Made by a program: the position numbers and the translations under genes
The notes under the pieces: generated by a model
The model's input: only the letters and a program-made list of their open reading frames with translations
Told to the model about the DNA's origin: nothing
The model's database searches: none
Shown here: piece after piece, positions 28,407 through 38,072 of the stretch
Layout: every line of letters begins with the position of its first letter
Numbering within the stretch: position 1 is the stretch's first letter
Assembly: GCA_028279595.1 (NCBI GenBank)
Contig: JANQNK010000003.1
Span: 192,001 to 256,000, forward strand
Reading direction: 5' to 3'
DNA: 64,000 nucleotides
Source of the DNA: Thermoplasmatota archaeon
GTDB taxonomy: Archaea > Thermoplasmatota > JAKEGO01

Positions 28407-31400
28407 TCCTCCCTCAGGAGCTCGAACCAGAATCGGCTGCCCTTTCCGACCTCCGATTCCAGACCGACGTTCCCGTTCATCCGGGCGACTCCCTTCCGCA
28501 CGATCGCGAGCCCGATGCCCGTCCCGGGGAACTCCTCGGAGCCATGTAAACGCTCGAACACCCTAAAAATCTGTTCCTGGTGCTCGGGAGCTATCCCGAT
28601 GCCGTTGTCCTCCACCCAGATCCGGACCCAATCCTCCCTGTCCTCGGCGTATATCCGGAGGTCTGGCTTGTCGTCCGGATCGACGAACTTGATGGCGTTC
28701 GTCACGAGATTCACTATCACCTGCGTGAGTGTCGGCGGGTTTCCCATGACCGAAGGCATGTAATCGCCCACCGTGATCTTCACATCCCTCGCCGACAGGT
28801 CGTGCCTCAGGTGCTCGAGGATCTCCTCGACCACCTCGCTGAGCTCCACCGGCTCGGGCGTGATATCCGTCAGGCTGAGCCTGCTGTAGACCAGGAGGTC
28901 CTGGATGAGGGAGTCCATCCTCTCGGACCCGCTGATGATCCTCTGGGCGTACTCCCTGCCCACGTCATCGAGCTTCTCGCCGTAGTCCTCCATCAGGGCC
29001 TGGCTGAACCCGTACATGGCTCGCAGGGGAGCCCTGAGGTCGTGTGATACGGAGTATGCGAACGCCTCGAGCTCGGCGTTGGACTCCTCGAGCTCTGCCG
29101 TCCTGTCCGCGACGAGCTCCTCGAGGTGACGCCTGTAGATGATGAGCTCCTCCTCGGCGTACTGTCTCTGTATGGCAGCGCCGAACGTGTCCGCAGCGAC
29201 CTTGATGGCGTCAAGTTCCGCGTTGGACCATACCCTCTCGGTCCGGCACTCGTCGAATCCGATGGTCCCCCACCAGTCGTGTCCTACGAAGATCGGGGCG
29301 AAGGTCACCGAGCGGACGCCAAGGTCCATGTACTGGGCCCTCCACCGGTCCGGGAAGTCACGGACGTGACCCTGGGTGACCTGCTGTCTCGAGAGAGGCC
29401 CCTTCCAGAAGGCCAGCCGTGATTCGTTGATCGGGATGGTGTTCACTGCGAGGTCCGTCTGCGGCTTGGCTATCGCACCGGTCCACTCGTAACGCAGTGT
29501 GGTGAGCATGCCGCCGCCAGGGACGGGTTCGTTCTCGTAGATGTAGACGCGGCAGACGTCGGTCCCATTGCCCAGGCGTGACAGGATCTCCTTGATCCCC
29601 TCCTCCCAGTATGTCGTCTCGAGGAAACGCTCTGCAGCGAAGCCCACGGCCTCGAGGATGTCGTCCCGGCGGCGTATGTCCTCCTCCGCCTTGATCCTCT
29701 CGGTTGTGTCGGTGATGAAGCCCTCGAGGGCCTGCAGGTTGCCGGCCTCGTCGAACACTCCCTGGCCCTGCTCCCACACCCACCGCTCCTCGCCCCGGGC
29801 CGTATGGATCCTGTAGACGAGCTGGAACGGTTTGTTATCTCGGAGGCTGGTCTGGATCTCGTTCCAGGCGTACTCCCTGTCGTTGGTGTGGATGAGCTCC
29901 GTGTACGCGAGCTGCTTGTTACCGATCAGCTCGGACGGGTGGTGGTCGGTAAGGTCGAGGCACCCCTCGCTGATGAACTCCATTGTCCTCTCCCTGTCGT
30001 TCCGGCACCTGTAGGCCATCCCTGGGAGGTTGCTCATCAGGGTCGCGAGAGCCCTCTGGCTCTCCTCGAGCGCACTCTCGGCCGTCACGAGGTCCGCGAT
30101 GTCCAGGACGACCGCGTACGCACCCTTGTAGTGTCCCTCGGTGTCGTAGACGGGAACGGCCGACGTGATTGTCTGCACCCTCGATCCGTCCTTCCTGATG
30201 TATGCGACCTCGTAGGAGTTCGATCCCCCCTCCTTCCTCATGCGCATCTGCTCCTCCATTATCCGGAGGTTGTCCTCGTCGAGGAAATCGGTCACCGGCC
30301 GTCCGATGATCTCGTCCCTGTCATAGCCGAGGATCTCGCAGTGCCTCTCGTTCACGTAGATGATGACCCCGTTCTCGTCCCTGATGCCGAGCCCCTCGCT
30401 CATCGTCTCGACGAGGGTCCTGTACCTCTCCTCGCTCTCGAGGAGTGCGCCCTCAGCCTGCTTCGCTTCGGTGATGTCCTCGAAGAGGGAAACGAAGTAA
30501 CCCTCCCTCGGGCTGTAGGCCGACACCGAGAACCACCTGTCGAAGGCCCTGATGTTGATGATGAACCTGGTCTGCTTGCCCGTGGTCGCCACCTGGCCGA
30601 AGATCCCTATCATATCGGGGTCCGAATCCCGGACGTCGGGGATGACATCGGTGGCGTTCTTGCCGATTATCTCCTCCCTGGTCAGTCCAGTGAAGCTCTC
30701 GAAGGAGTCGTTGACCTCGAGGAAGACCCAGTCCTTGACTGATCCGTCGTCCCCGGTCACGACCTTGTTGTAGGCGAATCCGTTGAACATGTTGTCGAAC
30801 AGGGACCTGTAGCGCAGCTCGCTCTCCTGCAGCGCTTCGAGGGCCCACTTCCCTTCGGTGATGTCGACGAGGTACCCTTCGAGGTAGCCCTCTTCCGGGA
30901 ATATCTGCGCAGACAGGCTTCCCCAGAAGACCGTGCCGTCCTTCCTCTTGAAGCGGGTCTCGAAGTTGTCCACCTTCCCGGCGACCTTGAGCTTGGCCAG
31001 AAGTCTTTCCCTGGCGCTCGGGTCGATGTAGAGGTCCCCTGATCTGAAGTCCTCCATGAAGAGTTCCCTGTCGGTGTATCCGAACAGGCGCGAGAGCTGG
31101 GCGTTGCACTCGATGATCTCCCCCGTCGAGATCCGGGTCCGGTACAGTCCGACCAGAGCGCTGTCGAAGAGGTTCTGGTACTTCTCGGTGCTCTTGATGA
31201 GCTCCTGCTCGACCTTCTCCCTCTCGTCGACCTCCTGCTTGACATGGTCGTACGCCGTCCTCAGCTCCGTCGTCCTCTCCTCGACGATCTCCTCGAGATG
31301 GTCCCTGTGCTGACGGAGCTCCTCCTCCGCCTGTCTCCTGAGCGTGATGTCGCGCACCGATCCCAGGGTCGCATAGTTGCCCCCGTAGCCGATCCTCGAG

Positions 31401-33928
31401 ACTGAGAACTCGCAGTGCCTCGGGTTCTCCATCTTCGTCATGATCTGGGCCTCGTATATGCTGGGTACCCCTTCGCCCGCCTCCCTGCGGGCCTCAAGGT
31501 CCCCGACGGTCTCCCTGTGGTCGGGGTGTATGAGGTCCTGCATCGACATGTCGTACAGTTCCTCCTTCGAGTAGCCGGTGATCTGGGACGTCCTGTCGTT
31601 GACGAATAGGAACCTGTCGCCCTGGTAGATGTATACCATGTCGTGACTCTGCTCCACAAGGTTCCTGTACCTCTCCTCGCTCTCCACCATGGCCTGCTCG
31701 GCCTGCCGCCTGCCAGTTATGTCGCGGACCGCCCCCAGGGATGCCGGGGAGCCCTCGTAGACGATCCTCTCGACCGAGAACTCGCAATGCCGTTCCGTGC
31801 CGTCCTTCGAGAGCACCCGGGCCTCGTAGACCCTCGGGGCGTCCTCGTTCTCCTCCCTCTGCCTCTCGATCGTGACGGCCCGGTCCCCGTCCTCATCGTG
31901 GAGCAGTTCCTCGAGCGACATGCCGATGAGTTCGGTCTTCGGGTATCCCGTGATCTCGACCGTCCTGTCGTTGCAGAACACGAACCTGCCGCCCTGGAGG
32001 ATGAACACGAAGTCGTGGGACCGCTCGATGACGGTCCTGTACCTCTCCTCGCTCTCCTTCAGGACCTCCGCCCACTGGCGTCTCTCCGTGATGTCCCTGA
32101 CAGTGGCCTGAAGAACCCTCTTCCCGTGGAGCGTGAAGGCGGTCAGCCACACCTCTGCCGGGAAGTCGGTGCCATCCTTCCTCCGGTGGACCCACTCGAA
32201 GCGGTTGTGGCCCTTCTCGAAGGCCGTTGCGATGCGCTCGTCCGCGGCCTCCATGGAATCGGTCCCGTCCGGCTGGGTGGGCGGGGACATGTCGGCGGGA
32301 TGTGCGGTGACGAACTCGTCCATCGACGAAAGCCCGAACATCCTAAGTGTCGCCTCGTTGCAGTCGAAGAAGCCCTTCTCGTCGAGGAGCATTACAGCAT
32401 CCATTGACGATTCGAAGAGCGTCCGGTAGCGTTCCTCGTTCTCCCTGAGGGCCATCTCGGCCTTCGTCCTCTCGGTCACGTCTATCATCTGCGTGACGTG
32501 GCCTCCCTCGAAGAGCGAGAGCTCGAACTGGACCATCCTCTTGGTCCCGTCCCTGCAGGTGAGCTGGAATACGTTGGTCTCGGGCTCGAGCCCCGAGATG
32601 ATGAGATTGATGTTCCGCCTGACCGCCTCGCGATACCCCTCGGTCGGATAGAGCTTCTCGTTCCACACGTCGATGTGCTCCATGTCCTCGTGGGTGTATC
32701 CGGTGAGGGCCTCGGCGGCCGGATTGATCGAGATGATGGTCCCGTCGACGAGGACGACGATGGTGGGGATCGGGTTCTTCTCGATCGCGGCGAGTAGCCG
32801 TTCCTCGGTCCTCGAGCGCTCCGCGGCCTCCGTCTGGAGCCGCTCGTTGGCCATTATGAGCTCGTCCGTGCATGCCTCGAGCTCCGCTATGTCCGCGTCG
32901 TAGGGCTTCGCGGCGGCCTTCTCCGGAGGAATGGCCGGTCTCGCAATGCTCATGACCATCCGCTCGCCCTCGATGACCTGGATGTGGGAAATGAGCCTTA
33001 CCGGCAGGATGGTCCCGTCCTTCGCCCTGACGAGGGTGTCCATGGTCGCCTTTCCGTTCACGGTGAGGTCGTCGAGGTACCTGAAGATGTGTTCACGGTC
33101 CTCGGAGACGTCGAGGTCCTGCGGCTTCAGTTCGAGGAGTTCCTCGAGGGTGTATCCGAGACGTGCGCACCCGATCTCGTTCACTGCGACGAACTTGGCC
33201 GGTATCCCGTTCTCATCGAGCTCGTTCATCATCATCGGGTCTGCGATATCATCGAACAGATCGCTGATCCCACGGGCCAATAGCGGTTTACCCAGCATTA
33301 TGGACGGTTGAACGGGTTCCTGGTATTCGACAGGTGGCGTCCCTTCGACGTGCACCACCGGCTTGGGCCTCTCCTCTGCTATCCCGCCGAACGTTCTATG
33401 GACGACCTCCTCAGGTCCCATCTCGGACTGTGGAACCGCCTCGACCACTGTCGGCTCATCATCGTCATCCGGAGCCTCGTCTACCACAGGAGGTCCCACC
33501 AGAGATGCATCCGGGGCCGAGGAGTCCACCGGTCCTTGATATGGGATGGGTTCCGGCTCAACGATCGTACCTTCGGGGATATCGGCATCCGCTTCGAGTA
33601 CCGGGATCGCAGTGACATACTGTTTCGTCAGGGCCGCGTCACCGCTGAGGACGTCGTCGATGACGTCCGAGAGGTTCTTCCCCACCGGGACAAGGAGCAC
33701 GGTCGTGTCCGGGCTGCGCTCCCATATCTCCCTGGCGATCAGCATCTGGTCCGACCAGTCGACCTCCCGGTCGATGATAGCGATGGACAGGTCCTGAGTA
33801 CCAACGTGGGAATCAAGGAGGGACCAGTCGGTTATCGGTACGAACTCGGCGGGCTTTCCCTGGAGGGCGCTGGCTAGGCCTTCCAGAGCATGAGAACTCG
33901 TAACCAGCCCGATCCTTTCTCCCGCCAT
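28403..33928 (-). CDS. Giant multi-PAS/GAF HisKA histidine kinase (1841 aa) with N-terminal pseudo-receiver
   Basis: About 9 PAS repeats, one GAF, H-box FAYSVSHDLRAPLR, NAIKF, DNGIG, GTGIGL. Confidence 0.9.
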   Translation of the reverse strand: MAGERIGLVTSSHALEGLASALQGKPAEFVPITDWSLLDSHVGTQDLSIAIIDREVDWSDQMLIAREIWERSPDTTVLLVPVGKNLSDVIDDVLSGDAALTKQYVTAIPVLEADADIPEGTIVEPEPIPYQGPVDSSAPDASLVGPPVVDEAPDDDDEPTVVEAVPQSEMGPEEVVHRTFGGIAEERPKPVVHVEGTPPVEYQEPVQPSIMLGKPLLARGISDLFDDIADPMMMNELDENGIPAKFVAVNEIGCARLGYTLEELLELKPQDLDVSEDREHIFRYLDDLTVNGKATMDTLVRAKDGTILPVRLISHIQVIEGERMVMSIARPAIPPEKAAAKPYDADIAELEACTDELIMANERLQTEAAERSRTEERLLAAIEKNPIPTIVVLVDGTIISINPAAEALTGYTHEDMEHIDVWNEKLYPTEGYREAVRRNINLIISGLEPETNVFQLTCRDGTKRMVQFELSLFEGGHVTQMIDVTERTKAEMALRENEERYRTLFESSMDAVMLLDEKGFFDCNEATLRMFGLSSMDEFVTAHPADMSPPTQPDGTDSMEAADERIATAFEKGHNRFEWVHRRKDGTDFPAEVWLTAFTLHGKRVLQATVRDITERRQWAEVLKESEERYRTVIERSHDFVFILQGGRFVFCNDRTVEITGYPKTELIGMSLEELLHDEDGDRAVTIERQREENEDAPRVYEARVLSKDGTERHCEFSVERIVYEGSPASLGAVRDITGRRQAEQAMVESEERYRNLVEQSHDMVYIYQGDRFLFVNDRTSQITGYSKEELYDMSMQDLIHPDHRETVGDLEARREAGEGVPSIYEAQIMTKMENPRHCEFSVSRIGYGGNYATLGSVRDITLRRQAEEELRQHRDHLEEIVEERTTELRTAYDHVKQEVDEREKVEQELIKSTEKYQNLFDSALVGLYRTRISTGEIIECNAQLSRLFGYTDRELFMEDFRSGDLYIDPSARERLLAKLKVAGKVDNFETRFKRKDGTVFWGSLSAQIFPEEGYLEGYLVDITEGKWALEALQESELRYRSLFDNMFNGFAYNKVVTGDDGSVKDWVFLEVNDSFESFTGLTREEIIGKNATDVIPDVRDSDPDMIGIFGQVATTGKQTRFIINIRAFDRWFSVSAYSPREGYFVSLFEDITEAKQAEGALLESEERYRTLVETMSEGLGIRDENGVIIYVNERHCEILGYDRDEIIGRPVTDFLDEDNLRIMEEQMRMRKEGGSNSYEVAYIRKDGSRVQTITSAVPVYDTEGHYKGAYAVVLDIADLVTAESALEESQRALATLMSNLPGMAYRCRNDRERTMEFISEGCLDLTDHHPSELIGNKQLAYTELIHTNDREYAWNEIQTSLRDNKPFQLVYRIHTARGEERWVWEQGQGVFDEAGNLQALEGFITDTTERIKAEEDIRRRDDILEAVGFAAERFLETTYWEEGIKEILSRLGNGTDVCRVYIYENEPVPGGGMLTTLRYEWTGAIAKPQTDLAVNTIPINESRLAFWKGPLSRQQVTQGHVRDFPDRWRAQYMDLGVRSVTFAPIFVGHDWWGTIGFDECRTERVWSNAELDAIKVAADTFGAAIQRQYAEEELIIYRRHLEELVADRTAELEESNAELEAFAYSVSHDLRAPLRAMYGFSQALMEDYGEKLDDVGREYAQRIISGSERMDSLIQDLLVYSRLSLTDITPEPVELSEVVEEILEHLRHDLSARDVKITVGDYMPSVMGNPPTLTQVIVNLVTNAIKFVDPDDKPDLRIYAEDREDWVRIWVEDNGIGIAPEHQEQIFRVFERLHGSEEFPGTGIGLAIVRKGVARMNGNVGLESEVGKGSRFWFELLREE

Positions 33929-34050
33929 TCGACCACAGTGCCCTCTGACCGGGGCAGTATAGTAATGGAGCGTTATAAAAGGTTTTTATTTATTGCTGGA
34001 CTGGCGGATACATTCGAGAGGACGATCGGCCTGACCATGCCTCTCGGGCT

Positions 34051-34446
34051 TCAGGACGTTATGGTACTACTTCCTTCCATTCCACGCAGGAGTAGCGCCC
34101 TTTCGACCACCGTGAGGATCTCAGCGTCGCAGAAGGGCTTGATTATCAGACCATGGGACCGGGTGCCATGGATCCTCTCCATCGTCGCATCGTCCGCATT
34201 GGCCGTGACATGGACGATCGATGCGTCGCACTTCCTGCTTATGATGCTCGATGCCTCGATCCCGTCCATATCCCCCTTCAAATGGACATCCATGAGGACG
34301 AGGTCCGGACCCTTCTCAATGACCTTCGACACGGCATCGAATCCCGTCCTGACCATATCGACGACCCTGTAGTTCCACTGTTCCAATCGCCTCTTGAGGT
34401 CCCTAGCGATGAGCATCTCGTCCTCTACAATGATTATCGTTCTCAT
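34051..34446 (-). CDS. Stand-alone response regulator (REC)
   Basis: IIIVEDE, PDLVLMDV, HVTA, IIKPF. Confidence 0.88.
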   Translation of the reverse strand: MRTIIIVEDEMLIARDLKRRLEQWNYRVVDMVRTGFDAVSKVIEKGPDLVLMDVHLKGDMDGIEASSIISRKCDASIVHVTANADDATMERIHGTRSHGLIIKPFCDAEILTVVERALLLRGMEGSSTITS

Positions 34447-34455
34447 GGGGTGACC

Positions 34456-34908
34456 TCAAGCGTCTGATGGGCTCGGCTCGTTGTTGATCGATGCTGCCAG
34501 GTCCCTCGATAGGGGTTCCTCGACCATCCTGCACTGGTCATTCAGAGCTCGACGCATCACTACGGATTCGATTATCGAGACGAGTTCGTTGTCCGAGAAC
34601 GGTTTGATTATCACATCAGAGGACCTGAGTCCAAGGCGGTCCATTGTTGATGGGTCACTGCTCGCGGTCACGAAAAGAACTGCACTATCGCACTTTCTGG
34701 TGATGAATTCAATGGTCTCTATCCCATCCATGGCGCCCACAAGCTGGATGTCCATCAGGATGATATCGGGGCATGTCTCGATGGCCGTCGAGACCGCCTC
34801 CTCTCCCGTTCTGCTCATGCCGATGACCTCGTAGCCGAGCCTCTCGAGCCGGTGTTTGAGATCCGTGGCTATTACCATTTCATCCTCTACGATCAGAACC
34901 CTATTCAT
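34456..34908 (-). CDS. Stand-alone response regulator (REC)
   Basis: Start moved to MNRVLIVEDE (ATG 34908, GGAGGTGG RBS). PDIILMDI, FVTA, IIKPF. Confidence 0.88.
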   Translation of the reverse strand: MNRVLIVEDEMVIATDLKHRLERLGYEVIGMSRTGEEAVSTAIETCPDIILMDIQLVGAMDGIETIEFITRKCDSAVLFVTASSDPSTMDRLGLRSSDVIIKPFSDNELVSIIESVVMRRALNDQCRMVEEPLSRDLAASINNEPSPSDA

Positions 34909-35069
34909 GAGGCCCACCTCCTGTTGCAGGGTTGGGGCCCGGGTAACGGGGGACCTTGCAAAAGGCGGAGGTGATGCCACCGATGCAGGTAGAAGACGCA
35001 ATATCGTCCCCGGACCCATGTGATTGTTCATCCTGATGAATCGAAATTCCCACTGTCCATCCCCCTTGT

Positions 35070-35255
35070 TCAGTTCCTGATATGGTTGACCTCGATGTTG
35101 TTCGCCTTCGAAGTGCAGACCATTGCCATCCAGGTCGACGGCCTTATTCCCAGTTCCTTGCTGATCTGTTTGATCTCATCGTAGATCTGCTCCTGGAGGG
35201 TGATCGTGACCCTGACCTTCCTGCCATCGTTCTGATGCACTTCGACGTCTTGCAT
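35070..35255 (-). CDS. Small ribbon-helix-helix (CopG/MetJ-like) DNA-binding protein
   Basis: Alternating strand KVRVTITL followed by helix-G-helix (EQIYDEIKQISKELGIRPSTWMAMV). Confidence 0.65.
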   Translation of the reverse strand: MQDVEVHQNDGRKVRVTITLQEQIYDEIKQISKELGIRPSTWMAMVCTSKANNIEVNHIRN

Positions 35256-35310
35256 GATACTACAAGGTGCTTTTCAAAACCATATTGTTTCTGTAAAGAA
35301 CGTGGAAAAC

Positions 35311-35332
35311 GTTGAAAGAATCAGTTTTCGAT
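35311..35332. promoter_or_regulatory. Palindromic operator-like site upstream of the RHH gene
   Basis: GTTGAAA-N8-TTTCGAT, similar to the site at 38024-38044. Confidence 0.35.
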
Positions 35333-35348
35333 CTTATCCCGGAACGGT

Positions 35349-37976
35349 CTATCTCTTGAACAGGCTCCTCCCCTTCTCCGTGAGGTCGAAGGATTTGGAC
35401 TTCCCTTTCCTCGTTTCGGATATGTAACCAAGCCCTGTCAGTTGATTCACGCGTTTCCTGGCGGTCGGCCGGCTGATCCTCAGCTCCTCCACGAGGGTAA
35501 GATATGTCGGGCTGATGTTCTTGTCGTGCTGGTCGACGATTAACCGGAGCACATCCATCAATTGAGCAGACAACATCGTTTCGTGGAGCGGCAGTAGGTC
35601 CTCGCATTCGATCTCCAGCTGTCGCATCTGGGATTCATCGATAGCATCCGGATTTGCAGCGATTATCACTATCAGGTCCTTGAGGTAGGCCAATTCCCTG
35701 ACCTCCTGGACGAATGCCAATGTCCTGTCGAACCCGTTCTTCGTTGATAGGTATCCGATACCATCGATCAGAACGGCCTCTCTGGGAGAGAGTCCCTCGA
35801 TGGTCCGCTCTATACCTTCAACGTCCGGCGAGAACGCCTCCTCGCTCTCTCGGCTGGCAAGCCAGTGGAAGTCGTACTCACCTTGGATGGACCGTCTGAA
35901 CGACTTCTCCGGCGTTCGCGAGAAGACCGTGGTATACAGGCCGATATTTAGCAGGTCCTGCAGGGACTCGAGAGAGCGGTCTGAAACCTTCTCCTTGACG
36001 AGGTAGGTTCCACCATCCTCGAGTCGATATCTCATCAATCGCCTTCTCAGTTCCATCTCAGCCTCCTTCCGGTGCGTGATGTCCCTCCCAGATGCGAAAA
36101 GGATGTTCTTATCCGGGTCCGGATTGATGGTCCATGCGACCCAGCGTGTACTTCCATCCTTCGCCATCATGAGGTCCTCGACCCGTAGGCTCCTCTCTCC
36201 CCGCTCCATGGCTTCTTTGATCCTAGCCAGGTTCTTCCCAACGGTCCGAGGGTGGATGATATCGAGGATCGATCGTGAGATCAGGTCCGTCTCCTCATAT
36301 CCCAGGATGTTATGGAATGATGAATTGACCTTCATGAACGTGTAATCCTCCAGGTCGACCATGCAGACGAGGTCCGATGATACCTCGAAGTAGCTCTCGA
36401 TCTCCCTTTCCATCTCCTTCCGCTCAGTAAGGTCGACGATGGTCTGGAAGAGGTACGTCTTTCCGCCGATCTCTATCAACTGACCGTGGAAGAGCCCGTA
36501 CTTCTCGGTCCCGTCCTTCGCTATCGCCTTCAGCTCGATCCCTGAATAGAGACCGTCCCTCCTGATCAGCTCCACGAGTGTCCCGACGTCAGCTGGATCG
36601 ACGATCGCAAGCTGGTCCCGTGTCTTCCCTATGATCTCATCCCTCTGGTATCCCAATTTCCGGATGCCGTTCTCGTTCATATCGATGATCCGGCCGTCCT
36701 CGAGGTTGCTGATGACAAGCACGTTCGGGCTAGTCTCGAACAGTTTGTGGAACTTTTCTTCGCTCTCCATTAGGGCCATTTCCGACTCCTTCCGTCGTGT
36801 TATGTCCCGCCCGATGGAGATCATGTACTTCGGCTCACCAGAATCGTCCTCGATGACCGAGACCTGGTATTCTGTAGGGACCCTTCGACCGTCCTTGCAT
36901 ATCAATTCCAGCTCGATCGTTCCGGTCCCTTCATCGATGACCGTCTGGATGAAAGAGCCAGCCTCTGCGAGGTCCTCTTCGCTGTAATACGAAGCCGGAG
37001 CCGGCATCCCGGCTATCTCCTCGTCGGTGTAGCCAGTGACATCGTTGAAGGCCTTGTTCCATCTGATCGCTTTTCCGGTCGCCGGTTCGAACAGGAAGAA
37101 TGTGTCCATCTGAGCGTCGAGGGCAGTATCGGTGAATTCCTTCTCCTCTAGAAGTGCCTTCTCCGCCCTCCGTCGCTCGCTGATATCCTTGGCGTACACG
37201 GCAATGCTCAAGACCTCCCCGTCCGTGTCGAAGACCGGATACAGACTGTTCTCGAAGTACCTTCCATCCCTTTCATCCTCGAACCTTACTGGCTTCTTTG
37301 TACCAACGACCATCTCGGCGTACTTCAATCTCGATTCCACCAGGGTTGGCGGCAGGTAGTCGGTTATTTCTGATCCGACCAATGCATCCGGACTTCTGCC
37401 AAGTCGGTCCGCCGCGATATCATTGATCGCCAAAATCCTTCCGCCCTCTCCGACCAGCATGGCGGACTCCAAGGGAGCGTTCAGGAGGGCCTTGAGCAGC
37501 TCCTCGTCCTGACGCATATGGTTCTCCCTTTCCATCTGCTCGGTGATATCACGGACTATCGCCTGGATTATCGTCTCCCCATCGAACTCGACGCAGTTGA
37601 GCGAGACCTCTGCGTCGAACTCGGTCCCGTCGAGTCTGGAATGCTTCCAGTAGAACCTCTGGTCCCTTCCCTTGACGCATGACGTGATCATCTCCTGTGC
37701 CTTATCCTTGGAAGACCTGCCATCCGGTTGTATCTCTGGAGAAAACTCCCATGGGCTCCGACCGATGATGTCCTCCTTCGATTTGCAACCGTAGATCTCG
37801 AGCGTTTTCGGGTTGCACTCCGTGAAGATTTCGCCATCCATCGTGAAGATGGCATCATTGGCCTTTTCGAACAGTGTCCGATATCTGATCTCCGACTCTG
37901 ATTGGGAATCTACTGCAGACTCACCTGCATTCATTGCAGTCACCCCGATGGATAATTTCCATCGTTCTGAATCCAT
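35349..37976 (-). CDS. PAS x5-DUF835-winged-HTH one-component regulator
   Basis: Five PAS. DUF835-like segment (TYLVKE..FSRTP..HWLAS..VLIDGIGYLSTKNGF..QLE). C-terminal wHTH (LVEELRISRPTARKRVNQL..GYI..DLTEKG). Exact start uncertain. Confidence 0.82.
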   Translation of the reverse strand: MDSERWKLSIGVTAMNAGESAVDSQSESEIRYRTLFEKANDAIFTMDGEIFTECNPKTLEIYGCKSKEDIIGRSPWEFSPEIQPDGRSSKDKAQEMITSCVKGRDQRFYWKHSRLDGTEFDAEVSLNCVEFDGETIIQAIVRDITEQMERENHMRQDEELLKALLNAPLESAMLVGEGGRILAINDIAADRLGRSPDALVGSEITDYLPPTLVESRLKYAEMVVGTKKPVRFEDERDGRYFENSLYPVFDTDGEVLSIAVYAKDISERRRAEKALLEEKEFTDTALDAQMDTFFLFEPATGKAIRWNKAFNDVTGYTDEEIAGMPAPASYYSEEDLAEAGSFIQTVIDEGTGTIELELICKDGRRVPTEYQVSVIEDDSGEPKYMISIGRDITRRKESEMALMESEEKFHKLFETSPNVLVISNLEDGRIIDMNENGIRKLGYQRDEIIGKTRDQLAIVDPADVGTLVELIRRDGLYSGIELKAIAKDGTEKYGLFHGQLIEIGGKTYLFQTIVDLTERKEMEREIESYFEVSSDLVCMVDLEDYTFMKVNSSFHNILGYEETDLISRSILDIIHPRTVGKNLARIKEAMERGERSLRVEDLMMAKDGSTRWVAWTINPDPDKNILFASGRDITHRKEAEMELRRRLMRYRLEDGGTYLVKEKVSDRSLESLQDLLNIGLYTTVFSRTPEKSFRRSIQGEYDFHWLASRESEEAFSPDVEGIERTIEGLSPREAVLIDGIGYLSTKNGFDRTLAFVQEVRELAYLKDLIVIIAANPDAIDESQMRQLEIECEDLLPLHETMLSAQLMDVLRLIVDQHDKNISPTYLTLVEELRISRPTARKRVNQLTGLGYISETRKGKSKSFDLTEKGRSLFKR

Positions 37977-38023
37977 TTAACCTTTTCCATGTTCTTTCAG
38001 GAAAACGGCTAGCCAGTAGGTAA

Positions 38024-38044
38024 ATTGAAAGGGTGATTTTCAAT
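38024..38044. promoter_or_regulatory. Perfect palindromic operator-like site upstream of the PAS-DUF835-wHTH gene
   Basis: ATTGAAA-N7-TTTCAAT. Confidence 0.45.
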
Positions 38045-38072
38045 GAAGTGGAAATAGTCACTAATGGTGGTC

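Noticed and set aside
20181-33928. Phytochrome or LOV light sensing suggested by Cph1/Rcp1-like kinase and receiver cores
   Set aside because: No PAS-GAF-PHY module, DIP motif or NCRFLQ LOV motif seen.
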